From: an uncultured bacterium
GTDB taxonomy: Bacteria > Bacillota_I > Bacilli_A > RFN20 > CAG-826
Assembly (NCBI GenBank): GCA_949299335.1
Contig: CASGAD010000030.1
Location: 11,875 to 75,874, forward strand
Direction: 5' to 3'
DNA length: 64,000 nt
In this document: positions 7,830 to 17,394 of the stretch, piece by piece
How positions within the stretch are numbered: position 1 is the first letter of the stretch
Layout of the letters: every line of letters starts with the position of its first letter
Program-made: the position numbers and the translations under genes
The notes under the pieces: generated by a model
What the model saw: only the letters and a program-made list of their open reading frames with translations
Told to the model about the DNA's origin: nothing
The model's database searches: none

Positions 7830-10454
7830 ATGGAAAAGGAATTAGACCCTAAAGCTTGTCAAGAAGTTAATGAACTCGTTAAAAAAGGATTAGTCGCATT
7901 AGAAGAATTCAGAAAATTAGACCAAGAACAAGTCGACTATATTGTTGCTAAAGTTTCAACAAGTGTTCTTGATCATCATGAATATCTCGCAAGACTCGCA
8001 ATCGAAGAAACAGGAAGAGGAGTTTTTGAAGACAAATGTACTAAAAACTTATTTGCTTGTGAGTACATCACTAATGCAATGAGACATTTAAAAACATGTG
8101 GAATTATCTCGGATGATCCAGTAAGTGGCGTAACAGAAGTTGCTGATCCATTAGGTGTTATTTGTGGAGTTACACCAGTTACTAACCCAACAAGTACAGT
8201 TATTTTCAAATCATTAATTTCATTAAAAACTAGAAACCCAATTATTTTTGGTTTCCATCCAAATGCACAAAAATGCTGTGTTGAAACTGGAAGAATTATT
8301 GCTGAGGCTGCTATTAAAGCTGGTGCACCTAAAAACTGCATTCAATGGATTGAAAATCCTTCACTTGATGCAACAACTGCATTAATGCAACACGAAGGAG
8401 TCGCTTGTATTTTAGCTACAGGTGGTAACTCAATGGTTAAAGCTGCATATAGCTGTGGAAAACCTGCATTAGGTGTTGGCGCTGGAAACGTTCCTGCTTA
8501 TGTTGAAAAAACTGCAAACATTGCACAAGCTGCAAACGATATCTTAATGTCAAAGGCATTTGATAATGGTATGGTTTGTGCTAGTGAACAAGCTGCTATT
8601 ATTGATAAAGAAGTTTATAACGATTTTGTTAAAGCTATTAAAAAGTATGGTGCTTATCTTTGTAATAAAGAAGAAAAAGCTATGCTTGAAAAATACATGT
8701 TCCAACCAAATAAAAATGGTGTTGTAACAGGTGTTTTCCCAGGATTAGTCGGTCACCCAGCTTGGGAAATCGCTCATAATGCTGGATTTGAAGTACCACA
8801 TGATACTCCAATTTTAATGGCTGAATGTTCAAAAGTTGGTCCTGAAGAACCATTAACAAGAGAAAAATTATCACCAGTCTTAGCATTATTAAAAGCTAAC
8901 TCAACTGAAGACGGATTCAATAAAGCCGAAGCTATGGTTGAATTCAATGGTTTAGGACATAGTGCTTGTATTCATACTCAAGACAAGAACATTGCTGATG
9001 AATTCGGTGTCAGAATGAAAGCATGTAGAATTATTTGGAATTCACCAACTACTTTCGGTGGAATCGGAAATATTTATAACTCTTTCTTACCATCAATGAC
9101 ATTAGGTTGTGGTTCTTATGGTCACAACAGTGTTAGTGGTAACGTTAGTGCAATTAACTTAATTAACATTAAGAGAATAGGAAAGAGGAGAAATAATATG
9201 CAATGGTTTAAGATTCCTAGCAAGATTTACATTGAAAGAAATAGTATTCAATACTTAAAAGATGCTAAAAACGTTAACAAAGTATTCATCGTTACTGATA
9301 AATCAATGGTTCAACTTGGATTCTTACAAAAAATCATTGATCAATTAAAATTAAGAAGAAATGATGTTTCAATTCAATTATTTGTTGATGTTGAACCAGA
9401 TCCAGATATCACAACAGTTAAAAAAGGCTGTGAATTAATGAGATCATTCGAACCAGATACAATCATCGCTTTAGGTGGTGGTAGTGCAATGGATGCTGCT
9501 AAAGGTATGTGGTTATTCTATGAACACCCAGAAGTTAACTTCGATGATTTAAAACAAAAATTCATGGATATCAGAAAGAGAGCTTTCAAATATCCTGAAC
9601 TTGGAAAGAAGAGCAAGTTAATCTGTATCCCAACAACTTCAGGTACAGGTAGTGAAGTTACCCCATTTGCAGTTATTAGTGATAAGGCTAATGGTAAGAA
9701 ATACCCATTAACTGACTATTCCTTAACTCCAACTATCGCAATTGTTGATGCTGAATTTACAACAAATTTACCACCATCAGTTACTGCAGATACTGGTATG
9801 GACGTCTTAACACACGCTTTAGAAGCTTATGTTAGTATGTTAGCTACAGATTATACTGATGCTTTAGCAATTCAAGCTTGCCAAATGGTCTTCAAATATT
9901 TACCAAGATGTGTTAAAAACGGTAAAAACGATTTAGAAGCAAGAGAAAAAATGCATAATGCCTCCACAATGGCTGGTATGGCATTCGCAAATGCTTTCTT
10001 AGGTATGAACCACTCAATGGCTCATAAGATTGGTGGTATGTTCCATGTTACCCATGGTAAAGCAAACGCAATCTTATTACCATTCACAGTTATGTATAAT
10101 GGTGAAGTTCCTCAAAAACTCGGAACATGGCCAAAATACAATGTCTATGATGCTAATGAAAGATATGCAAATATCGCAAGATTAATTGGACTTAAGTTCA
10201 ACACTACTGAAGAAGGTGTTAGAGCTTTAGCAGATGCTATCTATGATTTAGGTATTGAATGCGGAGAAAAGATGAATTTCAAAGCCGAAAATATCGATGA
10301 AAAAGAATGGATGGATGCAACTGAAGAATTAGCTTATAGAGCATATGAAGATCAATGTACCCCAGCTAACCCACGTATCCCATTAGTCAAAGATATGCAA
10401 GAAATCTTAAAACAAGCATATGCTGGTTACGTTAAAGGAAAAACAAAAATCTAA
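7830..10454 (+). CDS. adhE: Bifunctional acetaldehyde-CoA/alcohol dehydrogenase
   Basis: 874 aa. N-terminal aldehyde dehydrogenase domain (catalytic Cys context NGMVCASEQ) and C-terminal Fe-ADH domain (GGGSAMDAAK, PTTSGTGSEVT, HSMAHKIGG...HG). Confidence 0.95.
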   Translation: MEKELDPKACQEVNELVKKGLVALEEFRKLDQEQVDYIVAKVSTSVLDHHEYLARLAIEETGRGVFEDKCTKNLFACEYITNAMRHLKTCGIISDDPVSGVTEVADPLGVICGVTPVTNPTSTVIFKSLISLKTRNPIIFGFHPNAQKCCVETGRIIAEAAIKAGAPKNCIQWIENPSLDATTALMQHEGVACILATGGNSMVKAAYSCGKPALGVGAGNVPAYVEKTANIAQAANDILMSKAFDNGMVCASEQAAIIDKEVYNDFVKAIKKYGAYLCNKEEKAMLEKYMFQPNKNGVVTGVFPGLVGHPAWEIAHNAGFEVPHDTPILMAECSKVGPEEPLTREKLSPVLALLKANSTEDGFNKAEAMVEFNGLGHSACIHTQDKNIADEFGVRMKACRIIWNSPTTFGGIGNIYNSFLPSMTLGCGSYGHNSVSGNVSAINLINIKRIGKRRNNMQWFKIPSKIYIERNSIQYLKDAKNVNKVFIVTDKSMVQLGFLQKIIDQLKLRRNDVSIQLFVDVEPDPDITTVKKGCELMRSFEPDTIIALGGGSAMDAAKGMWLFYEHPEVNFDDLKQKFMDIRKRAFKYPELGKKSKLICIPTTSGTGSEVTPFAVISDKANGKKYPLTDYSLTPTIAIVDAEFTTNLPPSVTADTGMDVLTHALEAYVSMLATDYTDALAIQACQMVFKYLPRCVKNGKNDLEAREKMHNASTMAGMAFANAFLGMNHSMAHKIGGMFHVTHGKANAILLPFTVMYNGEVPQKLGTWPKYNVYDANERYANIARLIGLKFNTTEEGVRALADAIYDLGIECGEKMNFKAENIDEKEWMDATEELAYRAYEDQCTPANPRIPLVKDMQEILKQAYAGYVKGKTKI

Positions 10455-10471
10455 TATACAAAAACCTATAA

Positions 10472-10499
10472 AAAGATGGCCATAGTGGTCATCTTTTTT
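10472..10499 (+). terminator. Rho-independent terminator of adhE
   Basis: Stem GATGGCC/GGTCATC (one G-U pair), a 5-nt loop, then a T6 run. Confidence 0.7.
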
Positions 10500-10531
10500 A
10501 AATTCTTAAAAATTTATGTATAATTATAAAT

Positions 10532-13500
10532 ATGAATAATAATTATCTAGCCATCTCTAAAGCAATTAAGGAAAATAAGTGGTTAGCCATAGAATATAAA
10601 AATCTTAAAGATGAAATTACAAATTATTGGATTTATATTAACGATATTAATCCTTCTACAAAGAAAGCTGATTGCTATATTTTTAATGATGCAAAATCTT
10701 TAGACTCATTGAAAGGCACAATTGATTTAACTCGAATAAAAAGTGCTATTGATTTAGAGATGACAGGAGGAGATTATAAAAAGAATCAAGAACTTATTGC
10801 AAAAATAGAAAGTTCACCTGATAAATTTGATTTCCTTCAATTTACAAAGTTTAATAGAAATGTTTTGAAGTATTATGAGGAATGCTTTGAATTAGATAAT
10901 GACCCATTTATTGACTCTAAATTATTAATTGAAGGCATTGATCATGAAGTTTTAAAAAAGCATGGCTTTATTAAACTTGAAGAAGAACAAGAAAAAGAAA
11001 TCTTAAAGTTTGTTAAAAAAGAAAATAGAAAAAATACTCAAAATTCTTTAGAATCTCTAGTTTTTGCGCTACTTTCTTATGAAATTAGAGGCAAAACATA
11101 TTTAGTAGCATATAAAAAAATAACTTTTAATCCAAGTAATAAATGTTTAATTTTAGATGATAATATTAGATTTAATAATACATTATTAATTAACGGAGTT
11201 AGGAATTCTTTATTTGAAGTATTAGAGGATGATGTAGAAAACTTCATTAATTTATACCTAAAAGATCCAATTAAAGGTGCTGACTTTTTAGAAGAGCATA
11301 TTGAAAATAGAGGCATAGTTAGTAGCTTACCTGAATTTATAGTTTTAAAAAGAAATATAAATATGCATCTAAAGGAAATATTTGACAATATTGAAAAAGA
11401 GTATGCTTCTAATAATTTACAAGCACCATTAAAAGCATTTTTCGGATGTTTAAGTAAGGCAAATTATAGAAGAACTAAAGAACCCTCAATTGTTATTTAT
11501 GATGATAGAGTGAATATTAACCAGATTGATGTAGTGTATAATGCAATGAAATATCCTGTAACTTACGTTCAAGGACCTCCAGGTACAGGAAAAACTCAAA
11601 CAATTTTAAATGTTGTAGTGAGTGCACTATTTAATCAAAAAACGATATTAATTACTAGTGATAATAATAAGCCAATTGATGGAATTTTAGAAAAACTTAA
11701 TTTTAAGTATAAAAATAAAACTTATAATTTTCCTTTTTTGCGATTAGGAAACATTGAAGATGTTAAAGGCGCCATTTTAACAATTAGGGATTTCTATAAT
11801 TATGAAACGAATTTACGTCCGATTGATACACTTTTAACAAAAATAAAAGAAACCAACAATCAAAAAAATCATGATTTGGTCGAGAAAATTCACCAAAATA
11901 ATGAAAAAGAAGAATTAGAAGAAAAGATTAAAACATATTTGAATTTATATAACATTGCTGGAGAGTCTAAATTTAAGAATTTATTAAAAGAAACAATAGA
12001 TGATTGTAAAGAAAAATATAAAAATTTAGAAACTATCACAAATAAAGAAATTAAAAATCTTTACTTAAAAGCTAGTGATGATCCTAAAATGCAAGAATTT
12101 TTCTATTTCCAAAGCCTTAAAAACATAAAATCTTTGCATAACAAAAAGTTTGAGGAATTAATCAAAATTTGTTTTGAAGAAGATTTAGATGCAGCTTCTA
12201 CTAAATTGAATAAATTTATTTCTTCAAGCGATAATTTAAAGATTTTGACTGAGGCTTTCCCGATAATGTTAACAACAACTTCATCATCTTTCCGACTTGG
12301 TGATGGTAATTTTAAATTTGATTTAGTGGTAATAGATGAAGCTAGTCAATGTAATGTTTGTCGTAGTTTAGTCCCTCTTTCTAAGGCTAAAAATATTTTA
12401 TTACTTGGTGACCCTCGTCAACTTAAACCAGTGGTTGTTTTAGATGAAAGATTAAATAAAGAATTAATGGCTAAGTATCATATTTCAGATGAATATAGTT
12501 ATACTAATAATTCTATTTTAAGCTTAATGTTAAATGTTGATTCAGTGTCTAAATTTATCTTTTTGCAATATCACTATAGATGTGGAAAGAAAATCATCAA
12601 TTTCTCAAATAAACGTTATTATGGAGGCGAATTAAACCTCGATTATTTGAATTTAGATGGGGAATTGCGCCTTTTAGATATAAAAACTAATAATTATATG
12701 AATTTAAGAAACACTAATTTGGACGAAGGAAAGGCAATAGTAGATTATATTAAAAAGAACAATTTAACTGATGCAATGATTATTACTCCATTTGTTCATC
12801 AAAAAATGTTTTTAAAGGATTTACTTATTAAAAACAATATAACTGATATTGATGTAGGGACTATTCATTCTTTACAAGGAAGTGAAAAAAATACAATTAT
12901 TCTTTCTTCAGCCATTACGCCAAAGACTAGTACTAGAACATTAGAATGGATAAATGAGAATAAAGAACTTATTAATGTTGCTCTTACTAGAGCTAAAAAG
13001 AATTTTATTTTAGCTTGTGATTTGGAAGCGCTTGAAAAAAATTCAAAAGATCAAAATAGCGACTTATTAACATTAGCTCATTATATAAAAAATAATGGAA
13101 ATATTGACGTAGTTCCTATCAATAAAAGTATTACATATGATAGATCCAATGGAAGTCTTAATGAAATGGATTTCCAGCGCACCATCGCACATTTTTGTAG
13201 TGTCTATAAGCAATTTCAATGTAAAAAAGGAGTTCCTTTTAAAGAAATATTTAGCGATGATGAAGTCTTTGAAGACACTAGTTATGAATTTGATTTTGTT
13301 TTATATAAGCGAAAGAGTGTTTTTTCTTTAAATTTAGTTCCTGTTATTGCTATTGAACTTGATGGTCCAGAACATTTTATTGATTCTCGTAGACAATATT
13401 GCGATATGAGAAAAAAAGAAGTGTGTGAAAAGAAAAATATCGAGTTAATAAGAGTTGGAAATAGGTTTAGAAAAAGATACGAAGAAATTAAAAACATTAT

Positions 13501-13570
13501 TTTCGCTGCTCAAAAAGTAAAAGATTACGAACAACTTAAATTAAAATTAGACGAAGAGGAAGGAAACTAA
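10532..13570 (+). CDS. SF1B (Upf1/DNA2-like) helicase fused to a C-terminal PD-(D/E)xK endonuclease-like domain (DUF2726/Vsr-like), with an uncharacterised roughly 330-aa N-terminal region
   Basis: 1012 aa. Walker A GPPGTGKTQT, motif II VVIDEASQ, GDPRQLKPVV, HYRCG, TIHSLQGSEKN and NVALTRAKK. The C-terminus has FDFVLYKR...VIAIELDGPEHF...RKKEVCEKKNIELIRV, the ELDGxxH endonuclease signature. Confidence 0.8.
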   Translation: MNNNYLAISKAIKENKWLAIEYKNLKDEITNYWIYINDINPSTKKADCYIFNDAKSLDSLKGTIDLTRIKSAIDLEMTGGDYKKNQELIAKIESSPDKFDFLQFTKFNRNVLKYYEECFELDNDPFIDSKLLIEGIDHEVLKKHGFIKLEEEQEKEILKFVKKENRKNTQNSLESLVFALLSYEIRGKTYLVAYKKITFNPSNKCLILDDNIRFNNTLLINGVRNSLFEVLEDDVENFINLYLKDPIKGADFLEEHIENRGIVSSLPEFIVLKRNINMHLKEIFDNIEKEYASNNLQAPLKAFFGCLSKANYRRTKEPSIVIYDDRVNINQIDVVYNAMKYPVTYVQGPPGTGKTQTILNVVVSALFNQKTILITSDNNKPIDGILEKLNFKYKNKTYNFPFLRLGNIEDVKGAILTIRDFYNYETNLRPIDTLLTKIKETNNQKNHDLVEKIHQNNEKEELEEKIKTYLNLYNIAGESKFKNLLKETIDDCKEKYKNLETITNKEIKNLYLKASDDPKMQEFFYFQSLKNIKSLHNKKFEELIKICFEEDLDAASTKLNKFISSSDNLKILTEAFPIMLTTTSSSFRLGDGNFKFDLVVIDEASQCNVCRSLVPLSKAKNILLLGDPRQLKPVVVLDERLNKELMAKYHISDEYSYTNNSILSLMLNVDSVSKFIFLQYHYRCGKKIINFSNKRYYGGELNLDYLNLDGELRLLDIKTNNYMNLRNTNLDEGKAIVDYIKKNNLTDAMIITPFVHQKMFLKDLLIKNNITDIDVGTIHSLQGSEKNTIILSSAITPKTSTRTLEWINENKELINVALTRAKKNFILACDLEALEKNSKDQNSDLLTLAHYIKNNGNIDVVPINKSITYDRSNGSLNEMDFQRTIAHFCSVYKQFQCKKGVPFKEIFSDDEVFEDTSYEFDFVLYKRKSVFSLNLVPVIAIELDGPEHFIDSRRQYCDMRKKEVCEKKNIELIRVGNRFRKRYEEIKNIIFAAQKVKDYEQLKLKLDEEEGN

Positions 13571-13641
13571 AAATAAGTGCAAGATTTTTATTTTAAAAAT
13601 TAGGCTTTATTAGGCTTCTAGTTTTTGAAGTTCAAGTCTTC

Positions 13642-13670
13642 TTGATTATGAGTATATAAATTTGTAAAAT
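13642..13670 (+). promoter_or_regulatory. Putative sigma-A promoter of the hydrogenase-speB-ung unit
   Basis: TTGATT (13642-13647), a 17-nt spacer, then TAAAAT (13665-13670). The RBS AAAGGAG precedes the ATG at 13698. Confidence 0.45.
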
Positions 13671-13697
13671 TTATATCGTAAATAAAGGAGTATTGAT

Positions 13698-15128
13698 ATG
13701 CCAAAATTTGATACACGAGTCCAAGAATTAAGATATACAGTCTTAAAAAGTATCGCTAAACACATTTTTAAGGGAGATTTAGAAACTTCTTTTTATGATA
13801 TTCCTAAAGAAGTCATTCCTGGACCAAAACCTTCGATGAGATGCTGCATTTATAAAGAAAGAGCAATTGTTGAAGAAAGAGTAAAAATTGCTACTTTACA
13901 TAAGTTAAAGGGTGATGAAAATGTCATTCAAGTAATTTCAATTGCTTGTGATGAATGTCCTTTAGGTGGTTATACAGTAAGTGATGCATGTAGAGGTTGT
14001 ATAGCTCATAGATGTTATGAAGCTTGTCCAAAAAAATGTATTAGTTTTGATGAAAATTTAAAAGCTAAGATTGATAAAACTAAATGTGTTAACTGTGGAA
14101 TGTGTGCTAAGGCATGTCCTTATTCAGCTATTGAAAATAGAATTAGACCATGTGAAAGAGCATGTAAGCAAAAAGCTATTTCACCAGATCCAGTAACAAA
14201 CGCTGCTTCAATTAACGATGAAAAATGTATTCATTGTGGAGCTTGTGTATATCAATGTCCTTTTGGAGCTATTGTTGACATTTCTTATATTAAAGACGTT
14301 ATTGGTTTTATAAAAGAAAGTGAAAATAATCAAAAACATAAGGTTTTTGCGATTGTTGCTCCTTCAATTGGTGGTAATTTTATTGAATATAAAAACGGAC
14401 AAATTATTTCTGCTTTAAAAGAATTAGGATTTTACGATGTTGCAGAAGCTGCTTTAGGTGCTGATATTGTTGCATTAAGTGAAACTGAAGAATTAGTTGA
14501 AAGAAGTAAACTTACTTCAAGTTGTTGCCCAGCCTTTGCTTTATACATTAGAAAATTCTATCCTGATTTAGCAAAATATATTAGTGACTCACCATCACCA
14601 ATGGCAGCTATTGGAAAGGTCATCAAAGAAAAGTATCCTGGTTCAAAAACTGTCTTTATTGGACCATGCACAGCTAAAAAGAGTGAAATTAAACATCCAA
14701 ATGTTTCTCCATACATCGATGCAGTTATGACTTTTGAAGAATTACAAGCTTTAATCGATGCTAAAGAAATTAATGTCGCTTTATTACCAGAAGATAAGTA
14801 TGGTCAATTTGGTGGTTCATTCTTCGGAAGAGGATTTGCTAAATGTGGTGGACTATCTAGTGCTGTTCAAGAAGTTATTAAAGAACATAACATTGACTTT
14901 GAAGTTAAAGGCTTAGCTGTTGATGGAATGGATAACATCAAAAAAGCATTAATTGAATTTAAGAAAGATGAATGTGTTTATAACTTTATTGAAGGTATGG
15001 CTTGTGAAGGTGGATGTATTGGTGGGCCATGTAACTTACAACATCAAATAAGAAATAAATTAACCCTTGATAAATATTCTCAAGCTGCTGAAAAATCTAT
15101 TTTAGGAAGTGTTGATAAAACAAAATAG
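13698..15128 (+). CDS. Monomeric [FeFe]-hydrogenase-like protein (ferredoxin-type 4Fe-4S domains plus an H-cluster domain)
   Basis: 476 aa. Two CxxCxxCxxxCP ferredoxin motifs (CVNCGMCAKACP, CIHCGACVYQCP). H-cluster motifs are SSCCPAF (L1), GPCTAKKSE (L2) and EGMACEGGCIGGP (L3). Confidence 0.8.
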   Translation: MPKFDTRVQELRYTVLKSIAKHIFKGDLETSFYDIPKEVIPGPKPSMRCCIYKERAIVEERVKIATLHKLKGDENVIQVISIACDECPLGGYTVSDACRGCIAHRCYEACPKKCISFDENLKAKIDKTKCVNCGMCAKACPYSAIENRIRPCERACKQKAISPDPVTNAASINDEKCIHCGACVYQCPFGAIVDISYIKDVIGFIKESENNQKHKVFAIVAPSIGGNFIEYKNGQIISALKELGFYDVAEAALGADIVALSETEELVERSKLTSSCCPAFALYIRKFYPDLAKYISDSPSPMAAIGKVIKEKYPGSKTVFIGPCTAKKSEIKHPNVSPYIDAVMTFEELQALIDAKEINVALLPEDKYGQFGGSFFGRGFAKCGGLSSAVQEVIKEHNIDFEVKGLAVDGMDNIKKALIEFKKDECVYNFIEGMACEGGCIGGPCNLQHQIRNKLTLDKYSQAAEKSILGSVDKTK

Positions 15129-15130
15129 TT

Positions 15131-16024
15131 ATGAAAAAAGAATTTAGAGATTTAGTCGTTGAAAACATAAACGAAGCTAATGTTTTTATTTGCGGCGTGC
15201 CTTATGATAAAAACGCTAGTGTGGGAAAAGGAGCAAGTTTAGCTCCAGACACTTTACGTGAATTAAGTTATGATTTACCACCTTTAGATATGGTTGGTAA
15301 TTTATTAACAAAAGTTAAACTATTTGACTTTGGAAATTTTGATGGTTCAGATTTTTCTAAATTAGAAGCTGAAATATATCATAAATTATTAAAGGAAAAT
15401 GGTTTCCATATTATTTTAGGTGGAGATCATAGTATCGCTATTGCTAGTGAAAGAGCTTTTTTCAATCACGCTAAAGAAAATGGTAAAGTACCTGTGATTA
15501 TTCATATAGATGCCCACCCAGATATTTGTGATGTTTACCATGATTCTAAATATTCTCATGCATGTCCAAATTTTAGAGCAATTGAATATGGCTATGAAGA
15601 TAAAAATATCACAATGGTCGGAATAAGAGGATTTGAAGCTCAAGAGATAGAAACATTTAAAAAACATCCTGCAATCGATGTTTTTAAGGTAATTGATGTT
15701 AAAAAACTTGGTGTTGAAGCCTTGCTTACTGTTTTAGTTGCTAAATACAAAGATCCTAAGTACGAAGTTTATTTAAGCTATGACATCGATGCTAATGATC
15801 CTGCTTATGCTCCAGGGACAGGAACCCCTGAAGCTTTTGGACTTACTAATTTTGAAACTTTAGCTATTGTTACTGGTTTAGTTTCAAATTTAAATGTTAC
15901 ATGTATGGATTTAGTAGAAATTGCACCTCCATTAGATGTAAATAATATTACGAGTTGGCTAGGCTTAAAAACGATTTATGAAATTTTTAATGCTTTAATT
16001 AAAGCTGACAAGTTAACAAAATAA
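15131..16024 (+). CDS. speB: Agmatinase / ureohydrolase (arginase family)
   Basis: 297 aa with Mn-binding motifs GGDHSIA, HIDAHPD and SYDIDANDP. Confidence 0.75.
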   Translation: MKKEFRDLVVENINEANVFICGVPYDKNASVGKGASLAPDTLRELSYDLPPLDMVGNLLTKVKLFDFGNFDGSDFSKLEAEIYHKLLKENGFHIILGGDHSIAIASERAFFNHAKENGKVPVIIHIDAHPDICDVYHDSKYSHACPNFRAIEYGYEDKNITMVGIRGFEAQEIETFKKHPAIDVFKVIDVKKLGVEALLTVLVAKYKDPKYEVYLSYDIDANDPAYAPGTGTPEAFGLTNFETLAIVTGLVSNLNVTCMDLVEIAPPLDVNNITSWLGLKTIYEIFNALIKADKLTK

Positions 16025-16026
16025 AT

Positions 16027-16716
16027 ATGCAAATTAATAGTTGGGAAGAACTATTTTTAGAACTAAAGAAAAAAGAATTCTTTAAAGATTTAACGAGTTT
16101 TCTTGACGAGGAATACAAAACTAAGACGATTTATCCTCCTCGAGAGCTCGTTTTTAATGCGTTTAAATTAACTCCTTTGGATGAAGTAAAAGTAGTTATT
16201 TTTGGACAAGATCCTTACCCTAATCCTAATGAAGCGATGGGCTTAGCTTTTAGCGTTAATAAAAATATCAAAGTCCCACCTTCATTAATTAATATATATA
16301 AAGAGATTATTATAGAGTATAAATTAAATATTCCTGTCCCTAAATGTGGAGATTTAACATATCTAGCTAAGCAAGGAGTGTTATTACTAAATGCTTATTT
16401 AACTTGTGAAGCCCATAAGCCTTTATCTCACGCTAATGATTTATATAGGAAGTTTTTTATTGATGTATTATATGTTTTAAATAGAGTACATAGACCAATT
16501 GTCTTTTTATTATGGGGGACAAACGCTAAAAAGTACCATAAATACTTAAATAATCCAATGCATTTAGTAATAGAAACAAATCACCCATCTCCATTAAGCG
16601 CTAATAGGGGAGGATGGTTTAATTCTAATTGTTTTAAAAAAACTAATGAATTTTTAATTAAAAATAATTTAGCTCCAATAAAATGGCTTAATAGGGATTA
16701 TATAACTTTAAAATAA
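16027..16716 (+). CDS. ung: Uracil-DNA glycosylase
   Basis: 229 aa with family-1 UDG motifs GQDPYP and HPSPLSA. Confidence 0.9.
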   Translation: MQINSWEELFLELKKKEFFKDLTSFLDEEYKTKTIYPPRELVFNAFKLTPLDEVKVVIFGQDPYPNPNEAMGLAFSVNKNIKVPPSLINIYKEIIIEYKLNIPVPKCGDLTYLAKQGVLLLNAYLTCEAHKPLSHANDLYRKFFIDVLYVLNRVHRPIVFLLWGTNAKKYHKYLNNPMHLVIETNHPSPLSANRGGWFNSNCFKKTNEFLIKNNLAPIKWLNRDYITLK

Positions 16717-17212
16717 TTTGGATGGAGTTAAAAACTTCCATAATATCGTTTTCGTAATTATTTTCGTTCCAGGCGAATAAAGCATTATAAATCGCCTCAG
16801 AGACAATATAAGGGAAGAAATAATTTTCATTAGAATTATTAAAGTTAAAAAGAATAAATTTTTTCGTAAGAAAATCTAATAGTCTTTGACCAAGGACATT
16901 TTTTAGTAGTAAAGACAAATATTCTTTTTGACTATAGATGGTTTTAATCAAAATAATTATGTTTTCTTCGAAATCCTCGTTAGTTTCAGGATGGATTACA
17001 GCTGTCTTAAGATATTCTTTATAAATATATTCTAAATAAAAGTTAATAATTTCACCTTTATGATTAAAATGTTTATAAAAGGTTGAACGACCTACGCCAG
17101 CTATTTTGCAAATCTCAATAACTTGGATTTCCTATAAACTTTTAACTTTTAGTGGTCTAAATAATGCCTCTACTATATAGTGGTTTGTATTGCTGAGATT
17201 TTCCTTACGCAT
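16688..17212 (-). pseudogene. TetR/AcrR-family regulator interrupted by one in-frame TAG
   Basis: The minus-strand ATG at 17212..17210 reads MRKENLSNTNHYIVEALFRPLKVKSL, then TAG (17134..17132), then EIQVIEICKIAGVGRSTFYKHFNHKG... It continues in the same frame into the 87-aa track ORF (16688..16951). Total length is 525 nt, or 175 codons. Confidence 0.75.
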
Positions 17213-17362
17213 TCTTGTATATAATATAAAAAATAAAATAAGGGAATTATTAAATTTTGTTTTTAGTGTAAAAAGCAGACAAATTTAAGGAAATGTCTAC
17301 TATTTATAGATTAATTTTTCTTTTTCATATGATATTTTAAATTCTATTTGATTGAAAACTCT

Positions 17363-17391
17363 TTGCTATACAAACTTGTTTGACTTATAAT
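17363..17391 (+). promoter_or_regulatory. Putative sigma-A promoter driving the TPP riboswitch and thiT
   Basis: TTGCTA (17363-17368), a 17-nt spacer, then a perfect TATAAT (17386-17391). It sits immediately upstream of the riboswitch aptamer. Confidence 0.55.
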
Positions 17392-17394
17392 TTT

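Noticed and set aside
7976-8886. Minus-strand ORFs 7976..8341 and 8680..8886 inside adhE. Similar antisense ORFs occur at 2465..2671, 5287..5475, 11077..11388, 13137..13497, 15416..15667, 19016..19198, 20405..20599, 27243..27431, 41425..41631, 42433..42615, 48541..48726, 50137..50391, 56988..57170, 62744..62983 and 63300..63554.
   Set aside because: All are nested in, or out of frame with, strongly supported genes with recognisable motifs. None has its own RBS or any motif. They are treated as shadow ORFs.
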